DNA from: an uncultured Planctomycetia bacterium | GTDB lineage: Bacteria > Omnitrophota > Gorgyraeia > 1-14-0-20-64-10 | Reading direction: 5' to 3' | Assembly (NCBI GenBank): GCA_964597545.1 | Contig: CAZQXN010000010.1 | Coordinates: 140-64,139, forward strand | DNA length: 64,000 nt | Shown: positions 17,485 through 26,890 of the stretch, piece after piece | Layout of the letters: each line of letters begins with the position of its first letter | Position numbering within the stretch: the first letter of the stretch is position 1 | Position numbers and translations under genes: made by a program | Notes under the pieces: generated by a model | What the model saw: only the letters and a program-made list of their open reading frames with translations | Databases searched by the model: none | Told to the model about the DNA's origin: nothing

Positions 17485-18621
17485 CTACTCAAAGGGATAA
17501 AAAAGTTTGCGGTACTCCTGCATGGCAAACCGATCGGTCATCCCTGCCAGATAATCACAGACCACCCGGTAGGGATCCTCAGTCCGAAGGCGCCGCCGGG
17601 GCGTACCTGGCAGCTGGCCGGGCTTGCGCAGATAAGCCTGGAACAGGGCCGTCAGAAAACGCTGGGCCTTATCGGCCATCCGGACCACTTTGTGATGATG
17701 GTACAACCGCTTATCCAGAAACCGTTTCAGCGGCAGCCTCGCCCGCGTAAGCCCCGCGCTAAAGGCAATGATGCGCTTTGGATTCCTCTGGGCATCGGCA
17801 GGGCACCGAATGCGCCGGGCTTTGATCCTGCGCTGTGACTCCTTGATCAGATCCGTCACCTGCAGATCAATTAATCTTCGAATGATCTGGTAAATTCGAA
17901 GCCGCTGCTCACAGCCGGGAAAGTGCTTGCTCGCCTGACGTCGAGCATCTTTCCAAAGCGGAACAGCGCGAAGCTCTTCCTCGCGCAGGAGCTTTGAGGC
18001 AATCCCGTCGTCCAAATCGTGATGGTCGTAGGCAATCTCATCGGCCAGATCCACCACTTGGGCCTCCAGGCTTAAGTTCACAGGAACCAATCCTTCTTTT
18101 CCGGGCAAAGGAGAGCGGTGCTTATTCAGCCCTTCCCTGACCTCCCACGTGAGATTCAGTCCCGGAAAAGCAGGGTAGCGCTCCTCTAGGAGATCGACAA
18201 TCCGGAGGGCCTGGAGGTTATGGTCAAATCCTCCGTGTCCGGCCATCAAGGTGCGCAGCGCCGCCTCGCCGGAATGGCCAAAGGGGCCGTGGCCCAGATC
18301 GTGAGCCAATGCAATTGATTTAACCAAATCGGTATTGAGGCGCAGCGCCCGGGATACTGTCTCTGCGATCTGGCACACCTCGAGGGTATGGGTGAGCCGC
18401 GTTCGATAGTAATCCCCCTCGTGAATCACAAAGACTTGGGTTTTGTATTCTAATCGCCGGAAAGCCGTCGAATGGATGATGCGATCGTGATCTCGCTGGA
18501 AGCTGGTGCGGTAAAGATGCTCCGGTTCGGGATAAATTCGGCCGCGGGAGCGCTTGGAGGCAATGGCGTAGGAGGCCAAGGCTTTGCGCTCCTGAGCCTC
18601 TTGCTGTTTCCGGGTCAGCAT
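17485..18621 (-). CDS. dgt: deoxyguanosinetriphosphate triphosphohydrolase
   Basis: FRRLEYKTQV, RTRLTHTLEV, HDLGH, DEIAY..HDLDD, DYLAGMTD. Confidence 0.95.
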   Translation of the reverse strand: MLTRKQQEAQERKALASYAIASKRSRGRIYPEPEHLYRTSFQRDHDRIIHSTAFRRLEYKTQVFVIHEGDYYRTRLTHTLEVCQIAETVSRALRLNTDLVKSIALAHDLGHGPFGHSGEAALRTLMAGHGGFDHNLQALRIVDLLEERYPAFPGLNLTWEVREGLNKHRSPLPGKEGLVPVNLSLEAQVVDLADEIAYDHHDLDDGIASKLLREEELRAVPLWKDARRQASKHFPGCEQRLRIYQIIRRLIDLQVTDLIKESQRRIKARRIRCPADAQRNPKRIIAFSAGLTRARLPLKRFLDKRLYHHHKVVRMADKAQRFLTALFQAYLRKPGQLPGTPRRRLRTEDPYRVVCDYLAGMTDRFAMQEYRKLFYPFE

Positions 18622-18630
18622 TGAAAGCGG

Positions 18631-19146
18631 CTAGCGTTTACGGCGCTTCTTTCGGAGAGGCCCCCGGCGAACCAGGAGGCGGTACGCCGCATCCAGGGAC
18701 TGGGAGATGACTTTCGTCCCGGAGAAGATAGGCATGAAATTAGTATCACCCTTCCAGCGAGGAACGATGTGCAGATGCAGGTGCCCTGGAATCCCTGCCC
18801 CGGCAACCCGTCCAAAATTCAAGCCCACATTGTAGCCGTGCGGTTTAAGCCCTTGTCCCAAGCGCTCCATGGCATCGTTAGCCAACTCCAACAAATCCAG
18901 CCACTCGGTCTTGCTCAAGCGAGAGAGGTGGCCCACGTGCCGGTAGGGAGCAACCATCATGTGACCATTGCTGTAGGGGAAGAGATTGAGCAGAGAAAAA
19001 CCGTGCGCGCCGCGCTTGACCACGAAGTTCTTGGCATCCAGCTTAGATCGCCCTTTCTGGCAAAAGAGGCAGTCCCGAGTCCCAGGCGCGTGGGTTGAGG
19101 TGATATAGGCTTGCCGCCAAGGTGCCCAAATCCGTTTCTGGTTCAT
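18631..19146 (-). CDS. HIT-family hydrolase (Ap4A phosphorylase/FHIT-like)
   Basis: WAPWR, CLFC, LNLFPY..GH, HLHLHIVPR. Confidence 0.93.
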   Translation of the reverse strand: MNQKRIWAPWRQAYITSTHAPGTRDCLFCQKGRSKLDAKNFVVKRGAHGFSLLNLFPYSNGHMMVAPYRHVGHLSRLSKTEWLDLLELANDAMERLGQGLKPHGYNVGLNFGRVAGAGIPGHLHLHIVPRWKGDTNFMPIFSGTKVISQSLDAAYRLLVRRGPLRKKRRKR

Positions 19147-20894
19147 GCCGCGCCTCCGGAATCTTGCAGGGGTGTCTCTGTTTTCGCCGCACCCGACCGT
19201 TCAAAAGTACTGTCTCTTGCCGACAGCGGCACTGCAGTCGCGCCCATAGGTGCGTGGGAGGCGGCTGTGGGTGACGGGATGCAGGGCAAACCATACAAAT
19301 CCAACAAATCATTCAAGAGGGTCAGATCCCAAAGACGCACCCGGGCCTGCTGGAGAATGAGGCGCGCGTGAATCTCCACTGGGTAGGCGCCGATAAGCAC
19401 CTTCCGATAATCTTTGTAATGGGGAAGCGCTGCAAAGGTGTCTAGAAGGCGGCGGGCCTCACCCTCCTCCAGAGAACCGGACCAAGGCACCACCAACCAC
19501 CCCTTGGCGGTCTTGCCGGGGCGCCGCGCCGCAAACCACGACTCTCCTGAGAATGCTGAGATCCCCTCGACGCTCTCCCATTGAGGCAGGAGGGTGCGTC
19601 GACCCTCCATCTCCACCTGCTCCCCCTCCCACAACCGCATCAAAGCAGCAACGCGTTCTGTCATCGGCTGATTCAAGCCTTGGCGGACCTCTTCCATCCA
19701 TTCCTGAAGGGAATGCCGAAACTGCACACGAGCCCCGGCCCAATCCACCCGCGCGACCCCCTCGATAATGGGGTGAGTGGTCCGCATCCACAGCTGAAAG
19801 AGCTGGTCGGAAATCCTAAAGAAGACCCCTTGCCGACGGACCAATCGCGCCTGTTCCAGAGCACGCAAACCACGGTTGATCTGCAGCGTAGGCCGGTCGA
19901 GCCGCTCGGCAATCTCGCCGGCCCGGTGCTGGCCCACCGCCACTGCACCTAATATCTGAATCCACAAGAGACGGTTGTTGTGGGCAGGGAGGCGCCCCAG
20001 TTGCTCCTCGAAGCGCAGTCGAAGCTTCCCCTGAGGATCAAAGAGGAGGGATTCCAATAAATCCAGCACACAATGCTCATGGACCGGATGGGGTGAATCA
20101 GAGCAGTTGCCCATCAGCCCCTGTTGAAGGAGATCCAGATTACCGGGGTGACCCTGAACCAATTCCATCAGAAGGTGCTCTAAGAATGGGTCCTGCTGTC
20201 CTTCGGGCCAAACCGATCGAATGGCCTTCAGAGAAGCAGCGGGAGCCAAACAGCCCACCGGAATGATTTCAAACTGGCCGAAGAGGAGGGAGAGCCCTTC
20301 CTTCAGGATAGACCGAGCGCGATGCACCCGGGAGGAGGCGACCAAATAGAGGGAACCGCTCTGCACCATAATCTTGCGCCCCAATCGCTTGAAGGGATCC
20401 TTGACCGGCAAGCGCTGAAGCAAATCAAACTCATCTAAAACAACCAGCACACCGCGCCCCAGTTCCTGCGTCACCATCTGGGGCAAATCCCAAAGCCGGT
20501 CATAGACCTCGTCGGATCGGTACGATTGCGCCCGATCCAAGAGGCGGGCCGCAACCGCACAGGTGCGCGGTACCCGGGTAGCGCTCAAACTGATCAGCTC
20601 GCTATGCTCCGCTGGAAGCGGTTTGACCCCTTCGACCTGAAGGACGCCATACAACAAAGCCTGAACAAAGCGCTGTGCCCATTCGGCCACAGACTCCCCT
20701 TCCCTAAGCTCCAGGTAAAAGGGGATGGGGCCTTGGGGTGCCGAGCGCTGCGACTGCAGCAGGCGGTTGAGCAGGGTGGTCTTGCCCATGGCCTCGGGAC
20801 CCACCAAGGCAAGGTTCTTGCGGTAGCCCGCGTTGAAACTCTCTACGCGCTTGAGCAGCAGATGAGTAATGTCGTCTCGATCAAACCAAATCAT
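19143..20894 (-). CDS. archaeal-type AAA ATPase with wHTH and C-terminal alpha/beta domain
   Basis: WFDR, Walker A GPEAMGKT, Walker B VLDEF, QGHP, HTH followed by ISD.LF.LW. Confidence 0.75.
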   Translation of the reverse strand: MIWFDRDDITHLLLKRVESFNAGYRKNLALVGPEAMGKTTLLNRLLQSQRSAPQGPIPFYLELREGESVAEWAQRFVQALLYGVLQVEGVKPLPAEHSELISLSATRVPRTCAVAARLLDRAQSYRSDEVYDRLWDLPQMVTQELGRGVLVVLDEFDLLQRLPVKDPFKRLGRKIMVQSGSLYLVASSRVHRARSILKEGLSLLFGQFEIIPVGCLAPAASLKAIRSVWPEGQQDPFLEHLLMELVQGHPGNLDLLQQGLMGNCSDSPHPVHEHCVLDLLESLLFDPQGKLRLRFEEQLGRLPAHNNRLLWIQILGAVAVGQHRAGEIAERLDRPTLQINRGLRALEQARLVRRQGVFFRISDQLFQLWMRTTHPIIEGVARVDWAGARVQFRHSLQEWMEEVRQGLNQPMTERVAALMRLWEGEQVEMEGRRTLLPQWESVEGISAFSGESWFAARRPGKTAKGWLVVPWSGSLEEGEARRLLDTFAALPHYKDYRKVLIGAYPVEIHARLILQQARVRLWDLTLLNDLLDLYGLPCIPSPTAASHAPMGATAVPLSARDSTFERSGAAKTETPLQDSGGAA

Positions 20895-20897
20895 GGG

Positions 20898-21614
20898 TTA
20901 CGGCAAATAGTACAATGGATTCTGAGGTTCCTGATTCTTTCGTATTTCAAAGTGAAGTGCTGGAACTTCCGCGCGACCGGTCTGCCCTACTCGGGCGATG
21001 ACATGGCGCTGCTGGACTTCATCCCCGTACTGCACAAAAATTTCCTTCACATGGGCGTAAACGCTGGCCAAACCCGCCCCATGGTCAATGATAATGGTCT
21101 TGCCAAAACCAGGAAGCCCCTGATGAATGAAGCTTACCCGGCCGCCCCGAGCCGCTAACACCTCAGTCCCGGATCGAGCTTCAATGTCCAGGCCCTTGTT
21201 GACCATTCCCCCGCGACGACCGCCAAAGACAGAGATGATCTTGCCGCGAACAGGCCAAATGAAGTGCTCCTCCACACGAGAAGCCTTCGGACGAACGGAT
21301 TCAACTGTTCGCCGGGAAGCAACCGCCCGGCGGGACTTGCGTACAGGCTGCCGTTTTTCGGGGATCCTAAGCTTCTGACCTACTTGAATCTGAGAAGCAT
21401 TCGTAATCTGATTCAGATCCGCCAAGGCCTCCAACTCCACCTGGTATCTCCTGGAGATAGACCAGAGCGTCTCACCTCGGCTAACCAGATGCACCACCCC
21501 GCCCTGCGAAACAACCTCTGGACGGAGAGGCTGCCGATGAGGGGCGCAACCGACCATCAAGGCCACAGCAAGAAACATGCTCAGGTACTTAAAGAGTGTA
21601 TTCAAACCCACCAA
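20898..21614 (-). CDS. LysM + M23 peptidase-family lipoprotein (NlpD-like)
   Basis: Lipobox MVGC, HLVSRGETLWSI LysM, NKGLDI, YAH, LHFEIR. Confidence 0.92.
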   Translation of the reverse strand: MVGLNTLFKYLSMFLAVALMVGCAPHRQPLRPEVVSQGGVVHLVSRGETLWSISRRYQVELEALADLNQITNASQIQVGQKLRIPEKRQPVRKSRRAVASRRTVESVRPKASRVEEHFIWPVRGKIISVFGGRRGGMVNKGLDIEARSGTEVLAARGGRVSFIHQGLPGFGKTIIIDHGAGLASVYAHVKEIFVQYGDEVQQRHVIARVGQTGRAEVPALHFEIRKNQEPQNPLYYLP

Positions 21615-21735
21615 CAGATTTCAAGCGGGTGGGGGGAATCGTGTACCGCACTCCCTGTGTCCCAACTTTGCTGCAGAGACAGCGGTCCACCTTCGATCCC
21701 CCCACCAACAGATTTCAAGCGGGTGGGGGGAATCG
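21607..21735. repeat. 35-bp direct repeat of the tRNA-Gly 3' end plus trailer (21607-21641 and 21701-21735)
   Basis: CCCACCAACAGATTTCAAGCGGGTGGGGGGAATCG occurs twice, separated by 59 bp. Confidence 0.9.
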
Positions 21736-21788
21736 AACCCCCGTACTCAGCTTGGGAAGCTGATATTCTGCCACTGAATTACACCCGC
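21718..21788 (-). tRNA. tRNA-Gly(CCC), CCA not encoded
   Basis: GCGGGTGTAATTCAGTGGCAGAATATCAGCTTCCCAAGCTGAGTACGGGGGTTCGATTCCCCCCACCCGCT folds as a cloverleaf with anticodon CCC. Confidence 0.97.
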
Positions 21789-21815
21789 AACAAGTTCTTG
21801 AAGTGCCCAGCCGCC

Positions 21816-22721
21816 TTACAAGATGGCGGCTCGTGTCATCGATTGATAAACCTTAGACCTTTTAAGGATCTCGGACCTCGTGGCCTTGACCAGCTTGGCC
21901 GGCCCAAAGGTCTCAATGGCGATTGTTGCGGCAACAGAAGCATATTGAATGGCTCGGCAGAGCGTCGCCCAAGAAACACGCTTCTGTGTCCGTAGATACC
22001 CCATGCAAGCCCCTGCAAAAGCATCCCCAGCCCCGGTGGGATCTGTCACCTGCTCCACCGGATAGGCCGGCAAGGAGAAGAAGGCATCGCGAGAGGCCGC
22101 CAGGACGCCGTGCTCCCCTTTCTTGACAATGGCCACCTTCGGACCCAAGCGCGCCAGCACGCGGGTCGCCTGTACTAAACCATGTACGCCGGTTAAGAGC
22201 CGCGCTTCACTGTCATTGAGAAAAACCAAATCCATGCGCTTTAAGAGCTTCAGGAATCCTCGGCGCTGCGTCTTGATCCAGTCATCACGAGAATCGCAAG
22301 CGACGATCTTGGGGGCCTTGAGCTGCTTCAAGACGTGCCACTGCAGATTGGGGTGGATGTTCCCAAGGAAGGCGTGGCGGCTGCGCTTTAAAGCTGGCGA
22401 GAGCTTGGGAGAAAACCCACTGAAAACGCCTAGATCGAGGTGCAGTGTGGTCGGCTGAAGATCCCTGTTGTAGCGGCCTTTCCAGCGAAAGGTCTTTCCC
22501 TCGACCTGAGTAAGCCCCTCTCCATTGATCCCCTTGCGCGAGAGCAAGCGGCTGTACTCGGAGGGAAAATCAGAGCCCACCACAGCCAGCATGGCGGTGG
22601 GAGACCACAATCGAGCCGCCAACGCCGCATAGGTAGCCGATCCCCCTAGAGCCTGACGGATGCTCCCCCAGGGGGTTTCAATGGAATCAATGGCAACGGA
22701 ACCGACAATAAGAAGGCTCAT
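21816..22721 (-). CDS. PfkB-family carbohydrate/nucleoside kinase
   Basis: VGSVAIDSI, GGSATY, KKGEHG, DPTGAGDAF. Confidence 0.93.
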   Translation of the reverse strand: MSLLIVGSVAIDSIETPWGSIRQALGGSATYAALAARLWSPTAMLAVVGSDFPSEYSRLLSRKGINGEGLTQVEGKTFRWKGRYNRDLQPTTLHLDLGVFSGFSPKLSPALKRSRHAFLGNIHPNLQWHVLKQLKAPKIVACDSRDDWIKTQRRGFLKLLKRMDLVFLNDSEARLLTGVHGLVQATRVLARLGPKVAIVKKGEHGVLAASRDAFFSLPAYPVEQVTDPTGAGDAFAGACMGYLRTQKRVSWATLCRAIQYASVAATIAIETFGPAKLVKATRSEILKRSKVYQSMTRAAIL

Positions 22722-23356
22722 GAAGACATTTGCTCACAAAATGCACGCGCCGCTGCTTCAGGATCCGAGGCAGCGGCGATCGCCCGAACAACGGCAACCC
22801 GAGTGGCACCCGACGATAATACCAGAGGCAGTGTGATCAGGTCAATCCCTCCGATCGCTACCCAGGGGATCTTAATGTGGACCTTGACCTGCGTTAGAAG
22901 CTGTGTGCCCACCACTGGATAATCCGGCTTGGTGGGTGTGGAGAAGACGGGTCCAACCCCAATGTAGTCAGCCCCATCCCGCTCAGCCGCCTTGGCCTCT
23001 GCCAGGGAGTGGGTGGAACGGCCGATCATCATCCCCTCTCCTGCCTGTTGGCGCGCCTTGGGAACCGCCAAATCCTTATGCCCCAGGTGCACACCATCGG
23101 CCTGAACCTTGAGTGCTATGGGCAGGCGGTCATTGACCACAAAAAGAGCATGGTGTTTATGCGTAAGCTTACGCAGTGCAGCCGCTGTTTCAAGAAAGGT
23201 GTCATCCGGCGCCTGCTTATCTCGCCATTGAATGACCTCTGCCCCGCCCCGAATGGCTGCCTCAGCCACGACGAGGGGATCCTGCGCACCTACGACCGAA
23301 CGGTCAATGATGGCGTAGAGTCGAGAGTTTTGAATAGAGGGCTTTTTCAATGGCAT
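22718..23356 (-). CDS. thiE: thiamine-phosphate synthase
   Basis: QWRDK, VND, DGVHLG, GRSTH, DYIGVGP..TPTK, AIGGI. Confidence 0.95.
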   Translation of the reverse strand: MPLKKPSIQNSRLYAIIDRSVVGAQDPLVVAEAAIRGGAEVIQWRDKQAPDDTFLETAAALRKLTHKHHALFVVNDRLPIALKVQADGVHLGHKDLAVPKARQQAGEGMMIGRSTHSLAEAKAAERDGADYIGVGPVFSTPTKPDYPVVGTQLLTQVKVHIKIPWVAIGGIDLITLPLVLSSGATRVAVVRAIAAASDPEAAARAFCEQMSS

Positions 23357-23753
23357 AGGTCCGGAATCGAAGCAGCCCAAATTGCTTAGAGGCTGTCGGA
23401 TCATCCAGCCGGCTGAATTCCTCCAACACCCGAAGGGCTTCTTGAACGCGGCGGATGTTGGCTGCTGCCAGATCCTTCAGGGTGGGATGCAGCCTCACCT
23501 TTCCTCGTCGGGAAGGCCTCCCAACATCAGCGGTGGTGGTGCGGCAACGCAGACGCTTGGGGTTCGAGTGTCTTCGGCTCACACGCTCTAAGGCATAGCG
23601 CAGCCGCTGACAGCGTCGGGTGAGGAGGCCTTCGTCCAACACCATCCGAGCCACCTCTTCGCAAACCCGCAATCCTTCACGGGCGCGATTGAGATTGGCA
23701 TCTAAAACACGGAGAAAGGCCTTAGAGACAACATGGGAATCTTTTTTTGGCAA
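23304..23753 (-). CDS. ThiD2-like domain protein (stand-alone N-terminal domain of cyanobacterial-type ThiE)
   Basis: RVLDANLNRAREGLRVCEE...DVG...ANIRRVQEALRVLEE. Confidence 0.85.
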   Translation of the reverse strand: MPKKDSHVVSKAFLRVLDANLNRAREGLRVCEEVARMVLDEGLLTRRCQRLRYALERVSRRHSNPKRLRCRTTTADVGRPSRRGKVRLHPTLKDLAAANIRRVQEALRVLEEFSRLDDPTASKQFGLLRFRTYAIEKALYSKLSTLRHH

Positions 23754-23775
23754 GGTCACCTCAGCAATGCAGGGG

Positions 23776-24438
23776 TTATTCGGAAAGAGCCCGCCTCCGG
23801 GCCTCTTCCATGGAGTTCGGCAGGAGGGGCTTAAGACCCTCATGGAAAGTCACCAGAAAATAGCTGATATCCTCAACACTGTATCCAGCGAGGGGAAAAT
23901 CAAGATTAACATTCATGGTGGTGCCGGGCTTCGTGACCCCCTCCGTAAGATGCGGATAGGCATCAGCGCTTAAGAGTTGGTCTTTCTCATCAAAGAAAGC
24001 CACCGCGATGGCAGTATGGATACTCTGGTCGGTCTTGTTGTTGTAGATAAGCAGCGCCTTGATCCAGGGCTTCCAACCCTCCAGATCCGGACCCGGCTCC
24101 TGCAGCTCGAAGCTGAGCGAGTAATTGACCTTCCCGAAAAAGCCATATGAGCGGTCAATTCCAAAGGGAAAGCGCCGCATCCCACCCACCGCAATCGGGC
24201 CCCGTTCGATCGATTCGATTTCAGGGTGGTAGAAGGTCAGGGTCTTTGTCCCGGTGTCCAGGCGCACTCGTTCGGAGGTCTCCTCGACAATGAGCCCCTC
24301 GTAGCTGCCCTCAGGGATATGGACGATATCTGCTGAGGCCTGCAACACCCCTGCCCCCAACGCCATCCAGAGACTTAAGAAGACGCGCTTATGCAGCAGA
24401 GATTCAATACCTTCTGTCCACCACAAAGTCGACCTCAT
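23776..24438 (-). CDS. hypothetical secreted protein
   Basis: Signal peptide ending ASA-DIV; small N-terminal beta domain; Ig-like C-terminal region. Start uncertain. Confidence 0.7.
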   Translation of the reverse strand: MRSTLWWTEGIESLLHKRVFLSLWMALGAGVLQASADIVHIPEGSYEGLIVEETSERVRLDTGTKTLTFYHPEIESIERGPIAVGGMRRFPFGIDRSYGFFGKVNYSLSFELQEPGPDLEGWKPWIKALLIYNNKTDQSIHTAIAVAFFDEKDQLLSADAYPHLTEGVTKPGTTMNVNLDFPLAGYSVEDISYFLVTFHEGLKPLLPNSMEEARRRALSE

Positions 24439-25798
24439 TGTCCCCTGCGGCCCCAATGACCACATCCCTCCACTCGCTGTGGATGTTTAGGGCGTCGTCC
24501 GGCTCAGAGACAACGTACCAAGCGGTCGCTGAATAATCGTCGGGCTCAACCCCATCGATCGTGTAGCTGGCTCGGCCATCCGTGAAAACCTTATCCTCCA
24601 GGTCGACACCGAAATACCCCATCCCCTTCTTTCGGTTGAACTGAATCCTAAGATACCCGGTCTCATTGGGCTCCTTAAAGAGGCGCACTGATCCGGAAAC
24701 CGATGCCTCCCCCTCCTCAATGCTTCCAAAGCGGTCATAACCGGTATCTTCTTTGCGCGGCTGTGTGGGATCAGAGGAGAAGGAGAAGGCGGCCTCACCC
24801 CCCTCGCTTTGTTCGGAACCAGACCACTCCTCTTTGAGGTACTTCCAGCGACCCTGCTCTCGAACCAGGGTAACGCTGCCCTGCATCTTGCCCATAAACG
24901 TCTCGCTGCTGCCGGTTAACGCGGCTGTATCCCCCTGGATGTCTACATCGGTAAAAGCGATGTTGGCAGGCATGAGCGCCGACATCTGCTTCATCAACTC
25001 AGGGGTCATATCTCCAAAGTCCTCTTGCCACGTTTCCAGGCCCGCCTGAGCAGTTCTCTGCCGAACCCCCTCTATGTCTCCGTCTTTAAAAGCAGAGATA
25101 TAAGCGTGATAGGCTGCCTCGGGACCCTCTTCGTCACCCATGGCCCCTCCAGCTTTCTCTGACCCGCCCCCACTCTTCTGTACGCTGGACCACGCCTCCT
25201 TGACATATTTCCAGCGACCCTGCTCGTGAACCATGGTGACACTGCCCTTGGCAGGACCCAGGAATGACTTGGCACTTCCGGTTAAAACCACCCTATCCCC
25301 CTCGATGTTCACATCATCGAAAACAATGTTGGTGGGAATCATCGGCGACATCTGCTTCATCATCGCAGAGCTCATGTTTCCATAGGTTTCATCCCAAGCC
25401 TTCATGCCCTCTTTCGCAACCCGCTGCCGAGTTCCCTCGACGTCCCCCTGCCTGAAGGCTTCCAAATAGGCTCGATAGACTGCTTCAGGGCCACCCGAAG
25501 CGCTGTTGTCTGCCGCCTGCCCTGCCACGGGGGACTGAGCAAGCGGTGAGACCCCGACGACAACCTGTTCTGCTTTGGGCCCAGAGCGCTCAATCCGCTC
25601 AATCTGCTCCGGGAGATACAGCATGGAGGCTCCGTCTCGCTCAACCTCGATGTAGCCGGCCTCCTCGCTTAGGCTGGCGGCCTCAATGGTCCGGCCATCC
25701 TTGAGCACCAGGGTATCTGCCAGAAGCTCAGAGACTCGACCCACCGCAACGCCCAGGAAGACCGCGAGCAGCAAACCAATCTTGGAAGCTTGCGACAT
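24404..25798 (-). CDS. secreted protein with two tandem NTF2-like (DUF4878-like) domains
   Basis: Signal peptide, ADTLVLKDGRTIE domain, and two ~100-aa repeats GPEA.Y.AY..AF..GD...V.EQGRWKY.KE.WS. Confidence 0.8.
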   Translation of the reverse strand: MSQASKIGLLLAVFLGVAVGRVSELLADTLVLKDGRTIEAASLSEEAGYIEVERDGASMLYLPEQIERIERSGPKAEQVVVGVSPLAQSPVAGQAADNSASGGPEAVYRAYLEAFRQGDVEGTRQRVAKEGMKAWDETYGNMSSAMMKQMSPMIPTNIVFDDVNIEGDRVVLTGSAKSFLGPAKGSVTMVHEQGRWKYVKEAWSSVQKSGGGSEKAGGAMGDEEGPEAAYHAYISAFKDGDIEGVRQRTAQAGLETWQEDFGDMTPELMKQMSALMPANIAFTDVDIQGDTAALTGSSETFMGKMQGSVTLVREQGRWKYLKEEWSGSEQSEGGEAAFSFSSDPTQPRKEDTGYDRFGSIEEGEASVSGSVRLFKEPNETGYLRIQFNRKKGMGYFGVDLEDKVFTDGRASYTIDGVEPDDYSATAWYVVSEPDDALNIHSEWRDVVIGAAGDNEVDFVVDRRY

Positions 25799-25800
25799 GA

Positions 25801-26307
25801 CTACCTCCTCTTTTGCTTTCTCTTAAGCCTGTGAAGCATCCGGGTTGTCGAGCGCCCTTTGAGATAGGGTATTTGAATGACACGGCCGCCGTTGGACTCA
25901 ACAAAGTCCCCGCCGACAATCTGTGCTTTCTTCCAGTCGGCCCCCTTGGCCAAGAGATCCGGCCGCAGGAGACGAATCACGCGAAGGGGGGTATCCTCCC
26001 GAAAAACAACCACATAATCAACCGGCTTGAGTGCTGCCACCAACCGGGCCCGATCGCGAACCGGGGTGATGGGCCGCCCTACCCCTTTAAGACGCCTGAG
26101 GGAGGCATCGGAATTGACTGCAACCACCAGAACGTGGGCTTGCCGTTTGATGGACTCCAAGTAGCTCAGGTGTCCTGCGTGCAAAAGGTCAAAACAGCCG
26201 TTGGTGAAAGCGATGATCTTCTTCTGGCGGCGCAGCCGGTTAAGTTCCGCTGCCAGCTGCGGCAAGGAAAGGACAGTGCGATTAACTGCGCGCGAAGTGC
26301 GCTTCAA
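25801..26307 (-). CDS. rfaE2: D-glycero-beta-D-manno-heptose 1-phosphate adenylyltransferase
   Basis: FTNGCFDLLHAGH, NSDAS.RRLKG, KGADW, STT. Confidence 0.93.
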   Translation of the reverse strand: MKRTSRAVNRTVLSLPQLAAELNRLRRQKKIIAFTNGCFDLLHAGHLSYLESIKRQAHVLVVAVNSDASLRRLKGVGRPITPVRDRARLVAALKPVDYVVVFREDTPLRVIRLLRPDLLAKGADWKKAQIVGGDFVESNGGRVIQIPYLKGRSTTRMLHRLKRKQKRR

Positions 26308-26890
26308 CGAGTTCGCAGAGTATGTGTGTGACGGTAATGTGCGCTTCTTGAATCCGGCTCGTCAACTCCGCGGGGATCACCACGGCGACATCCACCGCCG
26401 ATTTCAAGGCACCCCCATCTCGGCCGGTCAGGCCCATGGTCGTAAGCCCCATCGCCTTGGCAGTCTTGACCGCCGCCAAAACATTGGGGGAGTTACCGCT
26501 GGTGGAGATGGCAAAGGCAATGTCCCCTGCCGCTCCCAATGCTTCGATCTGCCTCGAAAATACGGTTTCAAAACCAAAATCATTGGCGAGCGCCGTCAAG
26601 GCAGAGGTGTCTGTGGTCAGCGCTAAGGCCGGCAGTGCGCGCCGGTTGATCCTGACCCGGCCCACCAATTCCGCCGCCAAATGTTGGCTGTCGGCAGCCG
26701 AACCCCCATTGCCAAAGAAGAGGATCTTGTGGCCCTGGTTTAAGGCATGGATCCAATCGCCCGCAACCCGATCCAGGGTCGGAACCAGCGAACCCAGCAC
26801 CGCCTCTTGAGTCTGGATGCACGACTTGAGGCACCCCTCAATTTGGCGCGCTAGGCTGCCTTTATCCGAAGAAGAGTTTGGCGATGTCAT
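26282..26890 (-). CDS. gmhA: D-sedoheptulose 7-phosphate isomerase
   Basis: GNGGSAADSQH, ANDFG, STSGNS, RIQEAH. Confidence 0.95.
   Translation of the reverse strand: MTSPNSSSDKGSLARQIEGCLKSCIQTQEAVLGSLVPTLDRVAGDWIHALNQGHKILFFGNGGSAADSQHLAAELVGRVRINRRALPALALTTDTSALTALANDFGFETVFSRQIEALGAAGDIAFAISTSGNSPNVLAAVKTAKAMGLTTMGLTGRDGGALKSAVDVAVVIPAELTSRIQEAHITVTHILCELVEAHFARS

Noticed and set aside
21607-21788. Prophage or genomic island at tRNA-Gly
   Set aside because: Only 59 bp lie between the repeats and no integrase is nearby; kept only as a miniature remnant.
23304-23356. Programmed -1 frameshift fusing the ThiD2-like domain to ThiE at the A-run
   Set aside because: ThiE is in the +1 frame and has its own ATG; a simple gene overlap explains it.
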